In this document: positions 40,192-50,512 of the stretch, piece by piece
Layout: every line of letters begins with the position of its first letter
Numbering within the stretch: position 1 is the stretch's first letter
Assembly: GCA_030634165.1 (NCBI GenBank)
Contig: DAOWBH010000001.1
Coordinates: forward strand, 7,361-71,360
Length of the DNA stretch: 64,000 nt
DNA from: Spirochaetota bacterium
GTDB taxonomy: Bacteria; Spirochaetota; JAGLSM01
Reading direction: 5' to 3'
Made by a program: the position numbers and the translations under genes
Notes under the pieces: model-generated
Database searches by the model: none
What the model was told of the DNA's origin: nothing
Seen by the model: only the letters and a program-made list of their open reading frames with translations

Positions 40192-40215
40192 CAGCGGAGT
40201 AATTTCTGAAAGATA

Positions 40216-40874
40216 TATTCTTTATTCTTCCAAGTGAATCAGAGTACAATCCTGTAATAAAAAAGTTAACCCCAAAAATTCTGCCGGATTATAACTTTAT
40301 TTCTGTCATAGCAAATGACTCCTGCAATTTCTATTTTGTAAAATCAGGAATCGGAAAAAAGAAAGCAATATCAACCGTAAGAAAAATCTGCTCGGACTTC
40401 AAACCCCATCTTATAATATCTTCTGGATGCTGCGGAGGTTTAAAATCCTATATAAAACCATACAGTATTTTTTCACCGGTTGAAGCGCTGTCTGAAAATA
40501 ATAAGAGCTGCAGGCTTCTAAGCCTTAGAAGCAAAATATACAAATCCTCTATTTTTGAAGGAAAATCCTTTTCTGTTAAAAAACCCGCGGACAGGGGAAA
40601 AAAATTACTGATTGCAAAGTATCATCCTGAAGCTTTCTTTGTAGATATGGAAACATATTGGGTAGCAAAGACATCCAAAGATCTTGGCATCAGATGCTCT
40701 TCTTTAAGAATCTCTGTTGATAGTCTAAAAAATAATATTCCGACTTTTAGTAAAACACATATGTCTATAAGCAAAGTTAAAAACTTTTTTTTAAAACTTA
40801 TTTATAAACACAAAGCATCAAAGGCAATGAGAAAACTGTCAGGAATTATTGAAGAATTGCTTGTTCAATTTTGA
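40216..40874 (+). pseudogene. PNP/UDP-phosphorylase-family nucleosidase (MTA/SAH nucleosidase or futalosine hydrolase-like) broken by a -1 frameshift in an A7 run. There is no ATG start.
   Basis: The frame from about 40216 to 40644 encodes ...ISVIANDSCNF...LIISSGCCGGL..., matching the nucleosidase Gly-rich substrate loop. The frame from 40590 to 40874 encodes ...PEAFFVDMETYWVAKT...SLRISVD, matching the catalytic ME and RxSD region. The two frames overlap across AAAAAAA at 40608-40614. Adding one A would fuse them. A GGAG lies at 40205-40208, but only a CTG at 40216 is available as an in-frame start. Confidence 0.55.
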
Positions 40875-40933
40875 AGTTTATCTAAGAAGCTGTTGTATAA
40901 TCTGGCAAACAAAGTATTATGTGAAATTACATC

Positions 40934-41100
40934 AGTTGCAGAAACTCATTTTTTTGAAAATGCACTGTGTGAGTAGCAAATGACTCTATAAGCAAATAAA
41001 TTTACATCAACAGACATGCTTCTTTGGGTAATTAATTAAATACGTTTGCGAAGCAACTCCGAAGGAGAATTTCATTTTTAAAAAAATAGGGTTATGCAAC
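40934..41100. mobile_element. MITE-like element, copy 3 (167 bp; degenerate right TIR; about 21-bp internal insertion)
   Basis: Left TIR GTTGCAGAAACTCATTTTTTTGAAAA. Right TIR TTTTTAAAAAAATAGGGTTATGCAAC. It ends 6 bp before the hisF stop codon. Confidence 0.7.
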
Positions 41101-41106
41101 GCACCC

Positions 41107-41865
41107 CTAATCCAGTCTAACCGGAATGTCATTTTCCTTCAGATGATGCTTGACCTGATCAATACTGAGTTCACGAAAGTGAAACAATGAAGCAGCAAGA
41201 ACCGCATCCGCATGTCCATCCTGTATAACTTCAGAAAAATGAGAAAGATCTCCAGCTCCGCCTGAAGCAATTACCGGGATTTTCACTGCATCTGCTACAG
41301 CCCTGGTTAAGGCCACATCGTATCCGTTTTTAGTTCCGTCACAATCCATACTGGTTAATAGTATTTCTCCGGCACCTCTTTTTTCTACCTCAACAGCCCA
41401 CGAAACAACATCAATACCTGTCGGAGTTCTTCCTCCGTGTATATAGACTTCCCAATCTTCTGTATTTTTTTTGGCATCAATAGCAACAACAACAAATTGT
41501 GAACCAAATTGTTCAGCTCCATCGTTTATGAGCTGTGGATTTTTTACAGCCGCTGTATTTATTGATGTTTTATCCGCCCCGGCAAGAAGCATCATTCTCA
41601 TATCGTCTACGGTTCTTATTCCGCCGCCTACCGTAAAAGGAATATAAACCGATTCAGCTACCCTTTTCACAACATCTATCATTGTACCGCGGTTATCACT
41701 TGATGCTGTAATATCCAGGAATACCAGTTCATCCGCTTTCTCTTTATCATATTGAATGGCATTTTCGACCGGATCCCCAGCATCAACAATATTTACAAAG
41801 TTAACACCCTTAACCACACGGCCCTTGTCTACATCAAGACAAGGAATAATCCTCTTAGCAAGCAT
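41107..41865 (-). CDS. hisF: imidazole glycerol phosphate synthase cyclase subunit
   Basis: N-terminus [19 protein letters not shown] and a full-length (beta/alpha)8 pattern. Confidence 0.9.
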   Translation of the reverse strand: MLAKRIIPCLDVDKGRVVKGVNFVNIVDAGDPVENAIQYDKEKADELVFLDITASSDNRGTMIDVVKRVAESVYIPFTVGGGIRTVDDMRMMLLAGADKTSINTAAVKNPQLINDGAEQFGSQFVVVAIDAKKNTEDWEVYIHGGRTPTGIDVVSWAVEVEKRGAGEILLTSMDCDGTKNGYDVALTRAVADAVKIPVIASGGAGDLSHFSEVIQDGHADAVLAASLFHFRELSIDQVKHHLKENDIPVRLD

Positions 41866-42586
41866 TATTCACCTCCGTAATTGCGTCCTGAAGAGTAAAC
41901 TTTTTTTCGTAAAGAGCAATACCAACCACTACACCCCACAGATTTTTTATATCCGCTCCCGCAAGGGTTTTTAAATCTTCAAGACTTGAAATGCCTCCTG
42001 AGGCAATCAGAGGATTATCGATGGATTTCCCCATCTCTCTCTGCGCTCTTATGTTTGGACCGCTTAGGGTGCCGTCGGTATCGATATCGGTAAAAAGGAT
42101 TCCGGCAAGTTCATCATTATTAAATGAGGCTGCAAAATCGTAACTGTCGATATCAGCTTCTTCCTGCCAACCGTGAACAGATATTTTTCCGTTTTTTGCA
42201 TCCGCGCCAACAATAATCCGACCGGGATAGTCTCTTGCTAATGAATGTACCAGTTCGGGATTTGTTACCGCCGATGTTCCAAGAATAATTCTGTCTATAC
42301 CAATATCAAGATAACGCACGGCATCTTCACGGCTTCGGATTCCTCCGCCTATCTCGAGAGAACAAGTCACAGTTTTTCTTATTTCTTTTATTATATTGAA
42401 ATTAACTTCTTTTCCATCTTTTGCACCATCAAGATCAACAAGGTGTATTATCTGCGCTCCGGAATCTTCCCAGAACCCTGCACGTCTTACAGGATCATCA
42501 TCATAAATTTTAACACGCTTATAATCACCTTTATAGAGACGGACACACTTACCATCAATCAAATCTATAGCAGGAATTATTTTCAT
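41855..42586 (-). CDS. hisA: ProFAR isomerase
   Basis: N-terminus [22 protein letters not shown]. Confidence 0.85.
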   Translation of the reverse strand: MKIIPAIDLIDGKCVRLYKGDYKRVKIYDDDPVRRAGFWEDSGAQIIHLVDLDGAKDGKEVNFNIIKEIRKTVTCSLEIGGGIRSREDAVRYLDIGIDRIILGTSAVTNPELVHSLARDYPGRIIVGADAKNGKISVHGWQEEADIDSYDFAASFNNDELAGILFTDIDTDGTLSGPNIRAQREMGKSIDNPLIASGGISSLEDLKTLAGADIKNLWGVVVGIALYEKKFTLQDAITEVNNAC

Positions 42587-43188
42587 AAGAGTTTACCAAA
42601 TTGACTTATTATTGAGAGTCCCTTTCTCTGACTTTTTTCCGGATGAAACTGACAGGCAAAAACATTTTCCTTCGCGATAGAAGATGCGAAGGTATAGCCA
42701 TAGGATGTATTGGTAGCAATCAAAGTTTTGTCTTCCGGGACAACATAATAAGAATGAACAAAGTAAAAATAATCTCCGGTTTCTACTTCATTTAACAGCG
42801 TAGTATCCTTTGTTTTTTCAACCTGATTCCATCCCATATGAGGGATCTTAAGATCATGTTTGAATTTGCGGACTTTCCCCTTGAAAAGACCAAGCCCCTT
42901 TACCGAATGACCATCCTCATCACTGTCCTCAAATAAAAGCTGAAGGCCGAGACAAATACCAAGAAACGGACGGCCTGAATCTATAAATCCAAGAATAGCC
43001 TTGTCAAGTTTCAGATTTTTTATATTCTCTACGGCTTTACCAAAGGCTCCGACTCCCGGGAGGATTAAACCCTTTGCTTTCTTAACATCCTGCGGGCTGT
43101 CTGTTATTATTGTCTTTAAGCCCATCTTTTCAAGGGCCTTGGCAACACTTCGTAAGTTGCCCATACCATAGTCAATTATAGCAATCAA
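42583..43188 (-). CDS. hisH: imidazole glycerol phosphate synthase glutamine amidotransferase subunit
   Basis: N-terminus MIAIIDYGMGNLRSV. Class I GATase Cys (GICLG) and His (HPE) residues are present. Confidence 0.85.
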   Translation of the reverse strand: MIAIIDYGMGNLRSVAKALEKMGLKTIITDSPQDVKKAKGLILPGVGAFGKAVENIKNLKLDKAILGFIDSGRPFLGICLGLQLLFEDSDEDGHSVKGLGLFKGKVRKFKHDLKIPHMGWNQVEKTKDTTLLNEVETGDYFYFVHSYYVVPEDKTLIATNTSYGYTFASSIAKENVFACQFHPEKSQRKGLSIISQFGKLL

Positions 43189-43769
43189 TCCAGAACACCT
43201 TTTGATGACGGAACCGCGTTTCCTGGAATTATTGTAACAGCCTTTTTAAGAGCCCTGGCAAAAGCCTTGAATGATGCTTCTATCATGTGATGAAGGTTAT
43301 CACCTGATTCTACAATAACATGAAGGGTTATTCCCGCGTGCAGTGAAACAGCCTTGAAAAATTCGTGAGTCAACTCTCCGTCAAAATCACCGGTCTTACC
43401 CTTTAATTCAGGACCTTCATAACGGTAATGAGGCCGACCTGATATATCAACAAGAACCCTTGCTCTTGCTTCATCCATAGGAACAGAGAATGTCCCATAT
43501 CGATTAATTCCCTTTTTGTCGCCTATCGCAGTTTTAATACATCGGCCGATACATATCCCGATGTCTTCAACTGTATGATGATAATCAACTTCCACATCAC
43601 CTACAGCATCAACACTTAAATTAAAACCGGAGTGATGAAGTAATAAATCAAGCATATGCGTTAAAAACCCTACCGGAGTCTTTATCGTACCAATCCCTGA
43701 ACCCTCAATAGAAAGTTCTACTTTTATCTTTGTTTCATTTGTTTCTCTGTTAACAGTAGCTTTTCTCAT
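43185..43769 (-). CDS. hisB: imidazoleglycerol-phosphate dehydratase
   Basis: IGPD motifs (DxHH...E: VDYHHTVEDIGI). Length 194 aa. Confidence 0.85.
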   Translation of the reverse strand: MRKATVNRETNETKIKVELSIEGSGIGTIKTPVGFLTHMLDLLLHHSGFNLSVDAVGDVEVDYHHTVEDIGICIGRCIKTAIGDKKGINRYGTFSVPMDEARARVLVDISGRPHYRYEGPELKGKTGDFDGELTHEFFKAVSLHAGITLHVIVESGDNLHHMIEASFKAFARALKKAVTIIPGNAVPSSKGVLD

Positions 43770-43780
43770 TTTAATATCCT

Positions 43781-45088
43781 TTAAGCATCCTTGATTCTTA
43801 AGCTGATACTCTGCGCGTGCGCATCCAGACCTTCTGATTCCGCAAATTTTACTGATGTTTTAGAAAACCTTTGAAGATCAGTCCGCGAAAAACTTATTAT
43901 TGAACTTCGCTTCATAAAATCATAAACACCAAGCGGTGATGAAAAACGGGCAGTACCGGCAGTTGGAAGAGTGTGATTGGGTCCGGCAAGGTAATCTCCA
44001 ATCGCCTCCGGAGTAAATTCACCAATAAAAACAGCTCCCGCATTCTTAACAGACTGTATCACATTATCCCTGCTTTGTGTTGTAATTACTTCAAGATGTT
44101 CAGGCGCGTAGAGATTAATAATTTCATAGGCTTCTTTTTCAGAATTCACAATTACAGCCAGACCATTTTGATTGACTGCTTTTTTTATTATATCATACCT
44201 CTTTTGATCATTAAGTCTTTCATTCATTCTAATAATAACTCTTTTTAAAAGAGTTTTGGACTCTGTTACAAAAACAACTTTCGCGTCTTCATCATGTTCA
44301 GCCTGAGCAAAAAGATCTGCCGCTATATAATCAGGATCAGCAGAATCATCAGCATAGATAAGCACTTCAGAAGGTCCCGCTATCATATCAATATCTACAT
44401 AACCATACAGCAGTCTCTTAGCCTCAGCTACATATTTATTTCCCGGTCCGCAGATTTTGTCAACTGCACTAACTGAATCAGTACCTAAAGCCATAGCCGC
44501 AATAGCCTGAGCGCCTCCTATCTTGTATATTTCATCAATTCCTGATATGGAAGCAGCATACAATACAGCATCTGAAAGATTTCCTGTTTTATCAGGCGGA
44601 GTACACATGATAATACGAGGAACACCTGCTATTACAGCAGGAACAGCATTCATTAATACAGTAGATGGATAAGCGGCCTTACCTCCGGGAGCGTAAAGAC
44701 CAACAGAAGGAATCGGCCCGATTTTCTGACCAAGTAGAGACTGATTATCAGTATAATACCATGACTCCATTTTTTGATGGAGGTGATAATCGTAAATTCT
44801 CTTTTTTGCAGTATCAATGGCTTCTTTTAATTCAGAACTAATATTCCTGTGAGCATTATCCAGAGCTTCTTTGGAAACCATTATTGAGGCCGCGTCTAAA
44901 TCAACACCGTCAAATTTTTTGGTGAAAGAAAAAAGGGACTTATCCCCGTTATTTTTTATTTGATTGATTATATCGATAACTGTTTCAGTCACAGGTCCGT
45001 TAATTTCAAAATCATTTCTTTTTTTACGGAACCTTGTTACAGCAGACTTAAAAGATAATTCTTCAAGTTGAAGGATTGATTTATCCAT
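43781..45088 (-). CDS. hisD: histidinol dehydrogenase
   Basis: Length 435 aa. Conserved HisD regions, including a C-terminal ESEGLDAHA-like segment. Confidence 0.85.
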   Translation of the reverse strand: MDKSILQLEELSFKSAVTRFRKKRNDFEINGPVTETVIDIINQIKNNGDKSLFSFTKKFDGVDLDAASIMVSKEALDNAHRNISSELKEAIDTAKKRIYDYHLHQKMESWYYTDNQSLLGQKIGPIPSVGLYAPGGKAAYPSTVLMNAVPAVIAGVPRIIMCTPPDKTGNLSDAVLYAASISGIDEIYKIGGAQAIAAMALGTDSVSAVDKICGPGNKYVAEAKRLLYGYVDIDMIAGPSEVLIYADDSADPDYIAADLFAQAEHDEDAKVVFVTESKTLLKRVIIRMNERLNDQKRYDIIKKAVNQNGLAVIVNSEKEAYEIINLYAPEHLEVITTQSRDNVIQSVKNAGAVFIGEFTPEAIGDYLAGPNHTLPTAGTARFSSPLGVYDFMKRSSIISFSRTDLQRFSKTSVKFAESEGLDAHAQSISLRIKDA

Positions 45089-45094
45089 TTGATT

Positions 45095-45796
45095 TTATTT
45101 TTTTCTTCTGCTTTCTACTTCGTTATATAACTTGAATTTCATTGCCTGCTTCGACCACGCTGAGTTTGATTTTGCGATTTTATCAAAAATTGAATTTGCC
45201 TCCGCATATCTATTGGCACCTAGAAGCGCATGAGCTTTTTTCCATAATGCTGTATTATGAAAACCGCTTTGTGAGGATTTAGAAATTATTCTATCGTATG
45301 TTTTTACAGCATCATTAAATTTCTTCATCTGAAGATAGGCATTACCCATTGCAAGCAGAGATACGGAAAAAAGATAAGTACCGCTTCCATAGTCCGCGGC
45401 TTTTTTATAATTCTCTACAGCATTCTTAAATTTTTTATTAAAAGTATAATTAATATTACCCAGATAAAAATTTGCCTTTGCCGCAGCATAGGTCCCTGAG
45501 TAGCCTCTGATAACTTCTTTTAATTTACTATCAGCTTCACTTATTTTTTGTGTCACATTTTTACTTAATAAAATCTTGCCGGCTTCTCCAAGTAACGCGT
45601 CTGCACTGAGGTTTCTGGATGAGAGATTGGCAATATAGATAATTAGAATTAGTATGACCGCAGCAAATACAAGCAATAGATTTTTAATCTTTTTTTTGTT
45701 ATGTACAATATAGTGGCGTAAATTAATTACATGCTCAAGAAGCCAATTAACCTTTAGCTCAGATTTGCTCATTTTATGCTGTTTGTATTGATTCAT
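45095..45796 (-). CDS. membrane-anchored TPR-repeat protein
   Basis: One TM helix followed by TPR-like repeats. It lies 4 nt downstream of the rpsA stop. Confidence 0.5.
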   Translation of the reverse strand: MNQYKQHKMSKSELKVNWLLEHVINLRHYIVHNKKKIKNLLLVFAAVILILIIYIANLSSRNLSADALLGEAGKILLSKNVTQKISEADSKLKEVIRGYSGTYAAAKANFYLGNINYTFNKKFKNAVENYKKAADYGSGTYLFSVSLLAMGNAYLQMKKFNDAVKTYDRIISKSSQSGFHNTALWKKAHALLGANRYAEANSIFDKIAKSNSAWSKQAMKFKLYNEVESRRKK

Positions 45797-45799
45797 ACC

Positions 45800-47581
45800 T
45801 TAACCCTGATTCTTTTTTGATTCTGTTTTTGGTTTGTCTGTCTTTTTTTTATTGCCTTTATCATTGCCTTTATCATTGCCTTTATCATTGCCTTTATTAT
45901 TAATAGAAGACAGATCAATCATGTCTCCGAGTCTAAAAGTACCCTTATCCTCACTTTTATACTGGTTTACCAGTTCTTTTTCGACATCTTTATTATAATC
46001 CTTTATTGATAGAGAAATCTTAGAACTATTCATGTCAATATTAAGAAGCTTGACATTTACAGAGTCCCCGACCTTAACCACTTCTTCAACCTTATCTACT
46101 TTTTTATTAGATAATTTTGAAATATGAACCAGTCCTTCAATTCCAGGTGAAAGCTCAACAAAAGCTCCAAAGTCAGAAACCCTGGTCACCTTGCCTGTCA
46201 TCTTGGATCCCGGAGGGTTATTGTAACTAAAAACAGCAAGCGGATTCTCCTCAAGCTGTTTAATACCAAGCCCTATCTTTTTATTTTTTTTATCAATTGA
46301 AAGGATCTGCACCTCTACCATATCTTCAACAGAAAACTGCTTTTTTGCATCATTGTCTTTTTTATCCCAGCTTAGGTCTTCTTTCCTCACAAGTCCTTCT
46401 ATGCCGTTTGAAAGTTCAACAAAAATACCAAATTCTGTTATGTTTACAATTTTTCCGGTATGTTTTGAAGCAAGAGGGAAATCCTCTTCTATTGAATCAA
46501 ATGGATTCTGAAGTAATTGCCGGAAGCCCAGTGAAATCCTTCTCTTTTCCTTGTCAATTCCAAGAATTTTAACTTGTATCTCAGAACCTGTTTCGAGTAC
46601 CTGTTTAGGGTGATTAATCTTTTTTGTCCAGGATAGTTCTGATATATGAAGTAAACCCTCGATGCCTCCAGCCAGAGAAACAAAAGCACCAAAATTTTCA
46701 AGTTTAACAACTTTCCCCTCGACAACATCTCCAACGTTATGAGCTTCAGAAAAAGAATGTATTGGATCCGGTTCCAGATCCTTTAAGGATAATGACACCT
46801 GATGCTTTTCTGTATTAATTTTTAGAATTTTAACTTTAACTTTATCACCAATACTAACAAGAGAACTTGCCTTTGCCTGCTTATTCCATGAAAGATCTCC
46901 AAGAGAAATGAGTCCATCCATTCCGCCAATATCAACAAAAACTCCAAACCTGCTGATACCGCTGACAGTACCTTCTATTACATCTTTTTCTTTTATCCTG
47001 CTAAAAACCTCTTGTATGTCTTCTTCTCTCTTAGCAGACAGAATATCCCTTCTCGAAGCAACAACACTGAAATTCTTGCCCTTATCAACTTTTATTATTT
47101 TAAAATCAAAGATCTTTCCAATATATTGTTTAGGATCCTGTACCCGTGAAAGTTCGAGGTGACTTAATGGAACATAGCCCGGAACACCGTCAAATTCGGC
47201 CATCATTCCACCCTTGGCTTCCTTAACAATCTTGCCGGAAACAAGTGCTCCGGTTTCAAAAGCATCTTCAAGAGTTTTCCGCATAACCCTCGACAAAGCG
47301 CGTTTCTTTGATACAACAAGTTCCCCTGATTTTCCATGGGTTGTAAGAACCACTACCGGAAATTTTTCTCCCTCCACCGGAGGCGTATCAAACTCTTCAA
47401 GTAATATTTTACCTTCAGATTTATATCCGACATTGACCCATACGGATTCGTTGTCAACCATAACAACGGTACCTTCAATAACTGCACCTTTTTGGACTGA
47501 CTGCATTGTGGAATGTGCATCCAAATCGAGTGTGGCTGTTTCCATTGTCATATCTTCGCTGCTTTCAAGTTTTTCTTCCAA
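45800..47581 (-). CDS. rpsA: 30S ribosomal protein S1 with a C-terminal (GNDK)4 repeat tail
   Basis: Six S1 domains, with a recurring GxxVxGxVxxIxxFGAFVxL pattern. The C-terminus reads [19 protein letters not shown]. Confidence 0.85.
   Translation of the reverse strand: MEEKLESSEDMTMETATLDLDAHSTMQSVQKGAVIEGTVVMVDNESVWVNVGYKSEGKILLEEFDTPPVEGEKFPVVVLTTHGKSGELVVSKKRALSRVMRKTLEDAFETGALVSGKIVKEAKGGMMAEFDGVPGYVPLSHLELSRVQDPKQYIGKIFDFKIIKVDKGKNFSVVASRRDILSAKREEDIQEVFSRIKEKDVIEGTVSGISRFGVFVDIGGMDGLISLGDLSWNKQAKASSLVSIGDKVKVKILKINTEKHQVSLSLKDLEPDPIHSFSEAHNVGDVVEGKVVKLENFGAFVSLAGGIEGLLHISELSWTKKINHPKQVLETGSEIQVKILGIDKEKRRISLGFRQLLQNPFDSIEEDFPLASKHTGKIVNITEFGIFVELSNGIEGLVRKEDLSWDKKDNDAKKQFSVEDMVEVQILSIDKKNKKIGLGIKQLEENPLAVFSYNNPPGSKMTGKVTRVSDFGAFVELSPGIEGLVHISKLSNKKVDKVEEVVKVGDSVNVKLLNIDMNSSKISLSIKDYNKDVEKELVNQYKSEDKGTFRLGDMIDLSSINNKGNDKGNDKGNDKGNKKKTDKPKTESKKNQG
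45852..45899. repeat. 12-bp tandem repeat x4 (TTGCCTTTATCA) inside the rpsA 3' end
   Basis: Direct read of the sequence. It encodes (GNDK)n on the minus strand. Confidence 0.85.
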
Positions 47582-47717
47582 AGCATACTCCTTTGTCTCT
47601 TAAAGCTAAAAAATAAGCATAAATACCTATCCAGGCAATCAAAGCAAAAATATTTATCTAAATCTATAAAAAATATCTTTAAAGGTTCATCTTTGGTTAA
47701 TTTATTTTTAGTTATAA

Positions 47718-48725
47718 TCATCCCTTAAGAACTGAATGAATTCTCTTAACCTTTTCAATAAGTGACGCAAATCTCCTGGGATACAATGACTGTGCTCCAT
47801 CTACCATTGCATTGTCAGGGTCATTGTGCACCTCTACCATTAATCCGTCTGCTCCGGCCGCAATAGCTGCCAGTGAAATTGGTTCCACATAGTCCCAGAT
47901 TCCTGCAGCATGACTTGGGTCCACAATTACAGGAAGATGTGTTTCTTTTTTTAGAACCGGTATGGAACATATGTCCATTGAATTCCGTGTCGAAGTCTCA
48001 AATGTTCTGATACCTCTTTCACATAGAATGACATTTTTATTTCCCTGCGCCAATATGTATTCAACAGACATTAAATATTCTTTTATCTTTGTCATCATAC
48101 CGCGTTTAAGGACTATAGGTTTTGCCTGCTTCCCAACTTCTTTGAGTAAGTCAAAATTCTGAACATTTCTGGCGCCAATCTGAATAAAATCTGCATACTC
48201 TTCGACTAATTCAACGTTCCTTGGATCCATCACCTCTGTTACAACCGGAAGACCGGTTAGTTTCTTGGCCTCCGCTAAAATTTCAAGACCTTTTTTGCCA
48301 AGGCCCTGGAACGCGTAAGGTGAAGTCCTTGGTTTGTAAGCACCGCCTCGTAGTCCATCGGCACCATATTTTTTTACTTCCTTTGCGATTTCAATTGTTT
48401 GATCTCTGCTCTCAATTGTGCATGGACCCGCAAATATTGTGAGATTTCCCCCGCCAATATTAAGTCCCGCGTAACTTATTACAGAATTTTCAGGATGAAA
48501 ATCACGGCTTGCCAGTTTATAAGGCTTGGAAATAGGAAAAACTCTTTCAACTCCGGATATTGCCTCGAGAGGTTGATCCATGAGCTTGGTTTCATCACCA
48601 ATTGCTCCTATGATTGTCTGGATCTCTCCTTTAGAAATATGCGCTTGAAGTCCCAGTTTTTCTATTCTCTCTACAATATGGTCTATCTCTTCCTGAGAAG
48701 TTTCAGGTTTTAATACTATAATCAT
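47718..48725 (-). CDS. 3-deoxy-7-phosphoheptulonate (DAHP) synthase, class I-beta, with an N-terminal ferredoxin-like regulatory domain
   Basis: The N-terminal roughly 70-aa FL domain is followed by a KDO8PS/DAHPS TIM-barrel (GPCTIES...). It lies next to pheA. Confidence 0.7.
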   Translation of the reverse strand: MIIVLKPETSQEEIDHIVERIEKLGLQAHISKGEIQTIIGAIGDETKLMDQPLEAISGVERVFPISKPYKLASRDFHPENSVISYAGLNIGGGNLTIFAGPCTIESRDQTIEIAKEVKKYGADGLRGGAYKPRTSPYAFQGLGKKGLEILAEAKKLTGLPVVTEVMDPRNVELVEEYADFIQIGARNVQNFDLLKEVGKQAKPIVLKRGMMTKIKEYLMSVEYILAQGNKNVILCERGIRTFETSTRNSMDICSIPVLKKETHLPVIVDPSHAAGIWDYVEPISLAAIAAGADGLMVEVHNDPDNAMVDGAQSLYPRRFASLIEKVKRIHSVLKG

Positions 48726-48742
48726 TTTTTTTCTCCAATTAT

Positions 48743-49867
48743 TTAAAGATCATCCCGCATTCCCAATGGGTAAGATCCAAGAATTTTCATAAATTGCGTT
48801 GTATGTTCAAGATTGGTCAGGGCTTTCTTTATTTTTTCATTATCCTTATGACCATCTACATCTATATAAAATAAGTATTCCCAGGCTTTTTTCTTTGTAG
48901 GACGGCTTTCAATTTTCGTCATGTTAATTCCTTCCCGGGAAAAAGCTGACAATAAATCATGCAGAGCGCCTGATTTGTCTTTCACAGAGCATACAATTGA
49001 TGTCTTGTCCTTTCCGGTAGGTTTACAAAACTCGTTGCCGATAACAAGAAATCTCGTAGTATTTTCCGGGTTATCCTCTATCCCGCTTGCAATTACATCT
49101 AATTCATAAACAGTAGCTGCAATTTTACCTGCGATAGCAGCCGAAAATTTATCCCATACAGCAACTGCTGCTGCCTTGGCATTGCTTGAAGTCTCATTTA
49201 TTTCCACATTCCGAAGATTATTCTCTATCCATATACGGCATTGAGCAATACTTTGAGGATGAGCATAAAGCTTTTTAACCGATTCAATATCCTTACATGA
49301 AGACAACAAACAATGTGAAATGTTCATGTAAATCTCGGAAACAATTTTTACCGGTGAATCAAGAAATTTGTCAAGTGTATGAGTAACCATTCCTTCGGTA
49401 GAATTTTCAACAGGTACTACACCATAATCGGATTTACCTGATTCAACAGATTTAAAAATATCCGAGATAGAATCAACCGGATATGTGTTTACAAAAGAAC
49501 CAAAATTTTGTAAAACAGCCATATGTGTGTATGTAGCCTTTGGACCAAGGTAAGAAACATTTAAAGGCCTTTGAAGCTCTCTGGAGACTGACATTATCTC
49601 GTTATATATAAGCTTCACAGCTTTGTCAGGGAATTCCCTGTTCTCATTTAGCGCAAAAACCTTCTCATATACCTCCTGCTCACGTTCAGGATGATATACC
49701 TTTAAATTATCACCTGTTTTTTCTTTGCCTATTTCAAGGGCAACCTTAACCCTCTCATTGAGAATGTCTATCAAAGAGGAGTCAAGAGTATCTATCTTTT
49801 TTCTCAGACCTTTTATTTTTTCATTTTTCATAGAAAACCCGTTTTTATTACTGTATTCCAGGAACAT
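48743..49867 (-). CDS. pheA: bifunctional chorismate mutase / prephenate dehydratase
   Basis: N-terminal chorismate-mutase helix (LRKKIDTLDSSLIDILNERVKVALEIGKEK), a PDT domain (YLGPKATYTHMA) and a C-terminal ACT domain. Confidence 0.8.
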   Translation of the reverse strand: MFLEYSNKNGFSMKNEKIKGLRKKIDTLDSSLIDILNERVKVALEIGKEKTGDNLKVYHPEREQEVYEKVFALNENREFPDKAVKLIYNEIMSVSRELQRPLNVSYLGPKATYTHMAVLQNFGSFVNTYPVDSISDIFKSVESGKSDYGVVPVENSTEGMVTHTLDKFLDSPVKIVSEIYMNISHCLLSSCKDIESVKKLYAHPQSIAQCRIWIENNLRNVEINETSSNAKAAAVAVWDKFSAAIAGKIAATVYELDVIASGIEDNPENTTRFLVIGNEFCKPTGKDKTSIVCSVKDKSGALHDLLSAFSREGINMTKIESRPTKKKAWEYLFYIDVDGHKDNEKIKKALTNLEHTTQFMKILGSYPLGMRDDL

Positions 49868-49972
49868 TCATCTAAACTATATCAATATTCATTCTGATAC
49901 CTATATTTCAAACTATCAGATATCCCGGTAACTAAAGTTAATCAAAAAAAACAACAATTAAAAAACTATTCT

Positions 49973-50512
49973 TCAGTCTGTTTTATTAAATTCCATTTCT
50001 TTTATTTCCCGAATCTGAGGCAAGTCTTTAACCGACTTTAAATTGAATATCTTGAGAAAATGTTTTGTTGTAGCAAGTTCAATCGGCCGTCCTACGGTTT
50101 CCCTTCTGCCGGCAATTGTTATAAGATCTTTTTCAAGAAGCTGCTTGATTGTTCTTTCTGTAGATACACCTCTTACAGACTCAATTTCAGCCCTTGTAAC
50201 GGGCTGTTTATACGCAATTATCGCAAGAACCTCTAATGATACTTTGGATAATTTGCTTTTGTTTTTAACCCCGTAGATTTTGGAAAGAATAAGCGAAAAC
50301 CGGGGATGAGCAATCATTTGATATCCCTCTGCAACCTCATTTATTAATAGACCGCTCTGCCTAACCTCATAATCGTCCTGAAGCTCTTTCATGTATTTTG
50401 CCATTTCAGATTTTGTTATATCAGCATGTTTGCATATAACACCGTAAGGTACCGGTTCATTCTCAATAAATAATAGAGCTTCAATCAGGGCTTTTTTTTC
50501 TTCAACACTCAA
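49973..50512 (-). CDS. scpB: segregation and condensation protein B
   Basis: EALLFIENEPV N-terminus and a winged-helix pattern. It lies downstream of scpA with a 4-nt overlap. Confidence 0.8.
   Translation of the reverse strand: MSVEEKKALIEALLFIENEPVPYGVICKHADITKSEMAKYMKELQDDYEVRQSGLLINEVAEGYQMIAHPRFSLILSKIYGVKNKSKLSKVSLEVLAIIAYKQPVTRAEIESVRGVSTERTIKQLLEKDLITIAGRRETVGRPIELATTKHFLKIFNLKSVKDLPQIREIKEMEFNKTD

Noticed and set aside
6997-41100. Whether the three 146-167 bp repeated elements form a CRISPR array.
   Set aside because: The copies are tens of kb apart, are about 150 bp long and have terminal inverted repeats. There are no short regularly spaced direct repeats or spacers. The pattern fits a MITE, not CRISPR.
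45852-45899. Whether the 12-bp x4 direct repeat is a CRISPR-like or other non-coding repeat.
   Set aside because: It is in frame inside rpsA and encodes (GNDK)4, so it is a coding microsatellite.
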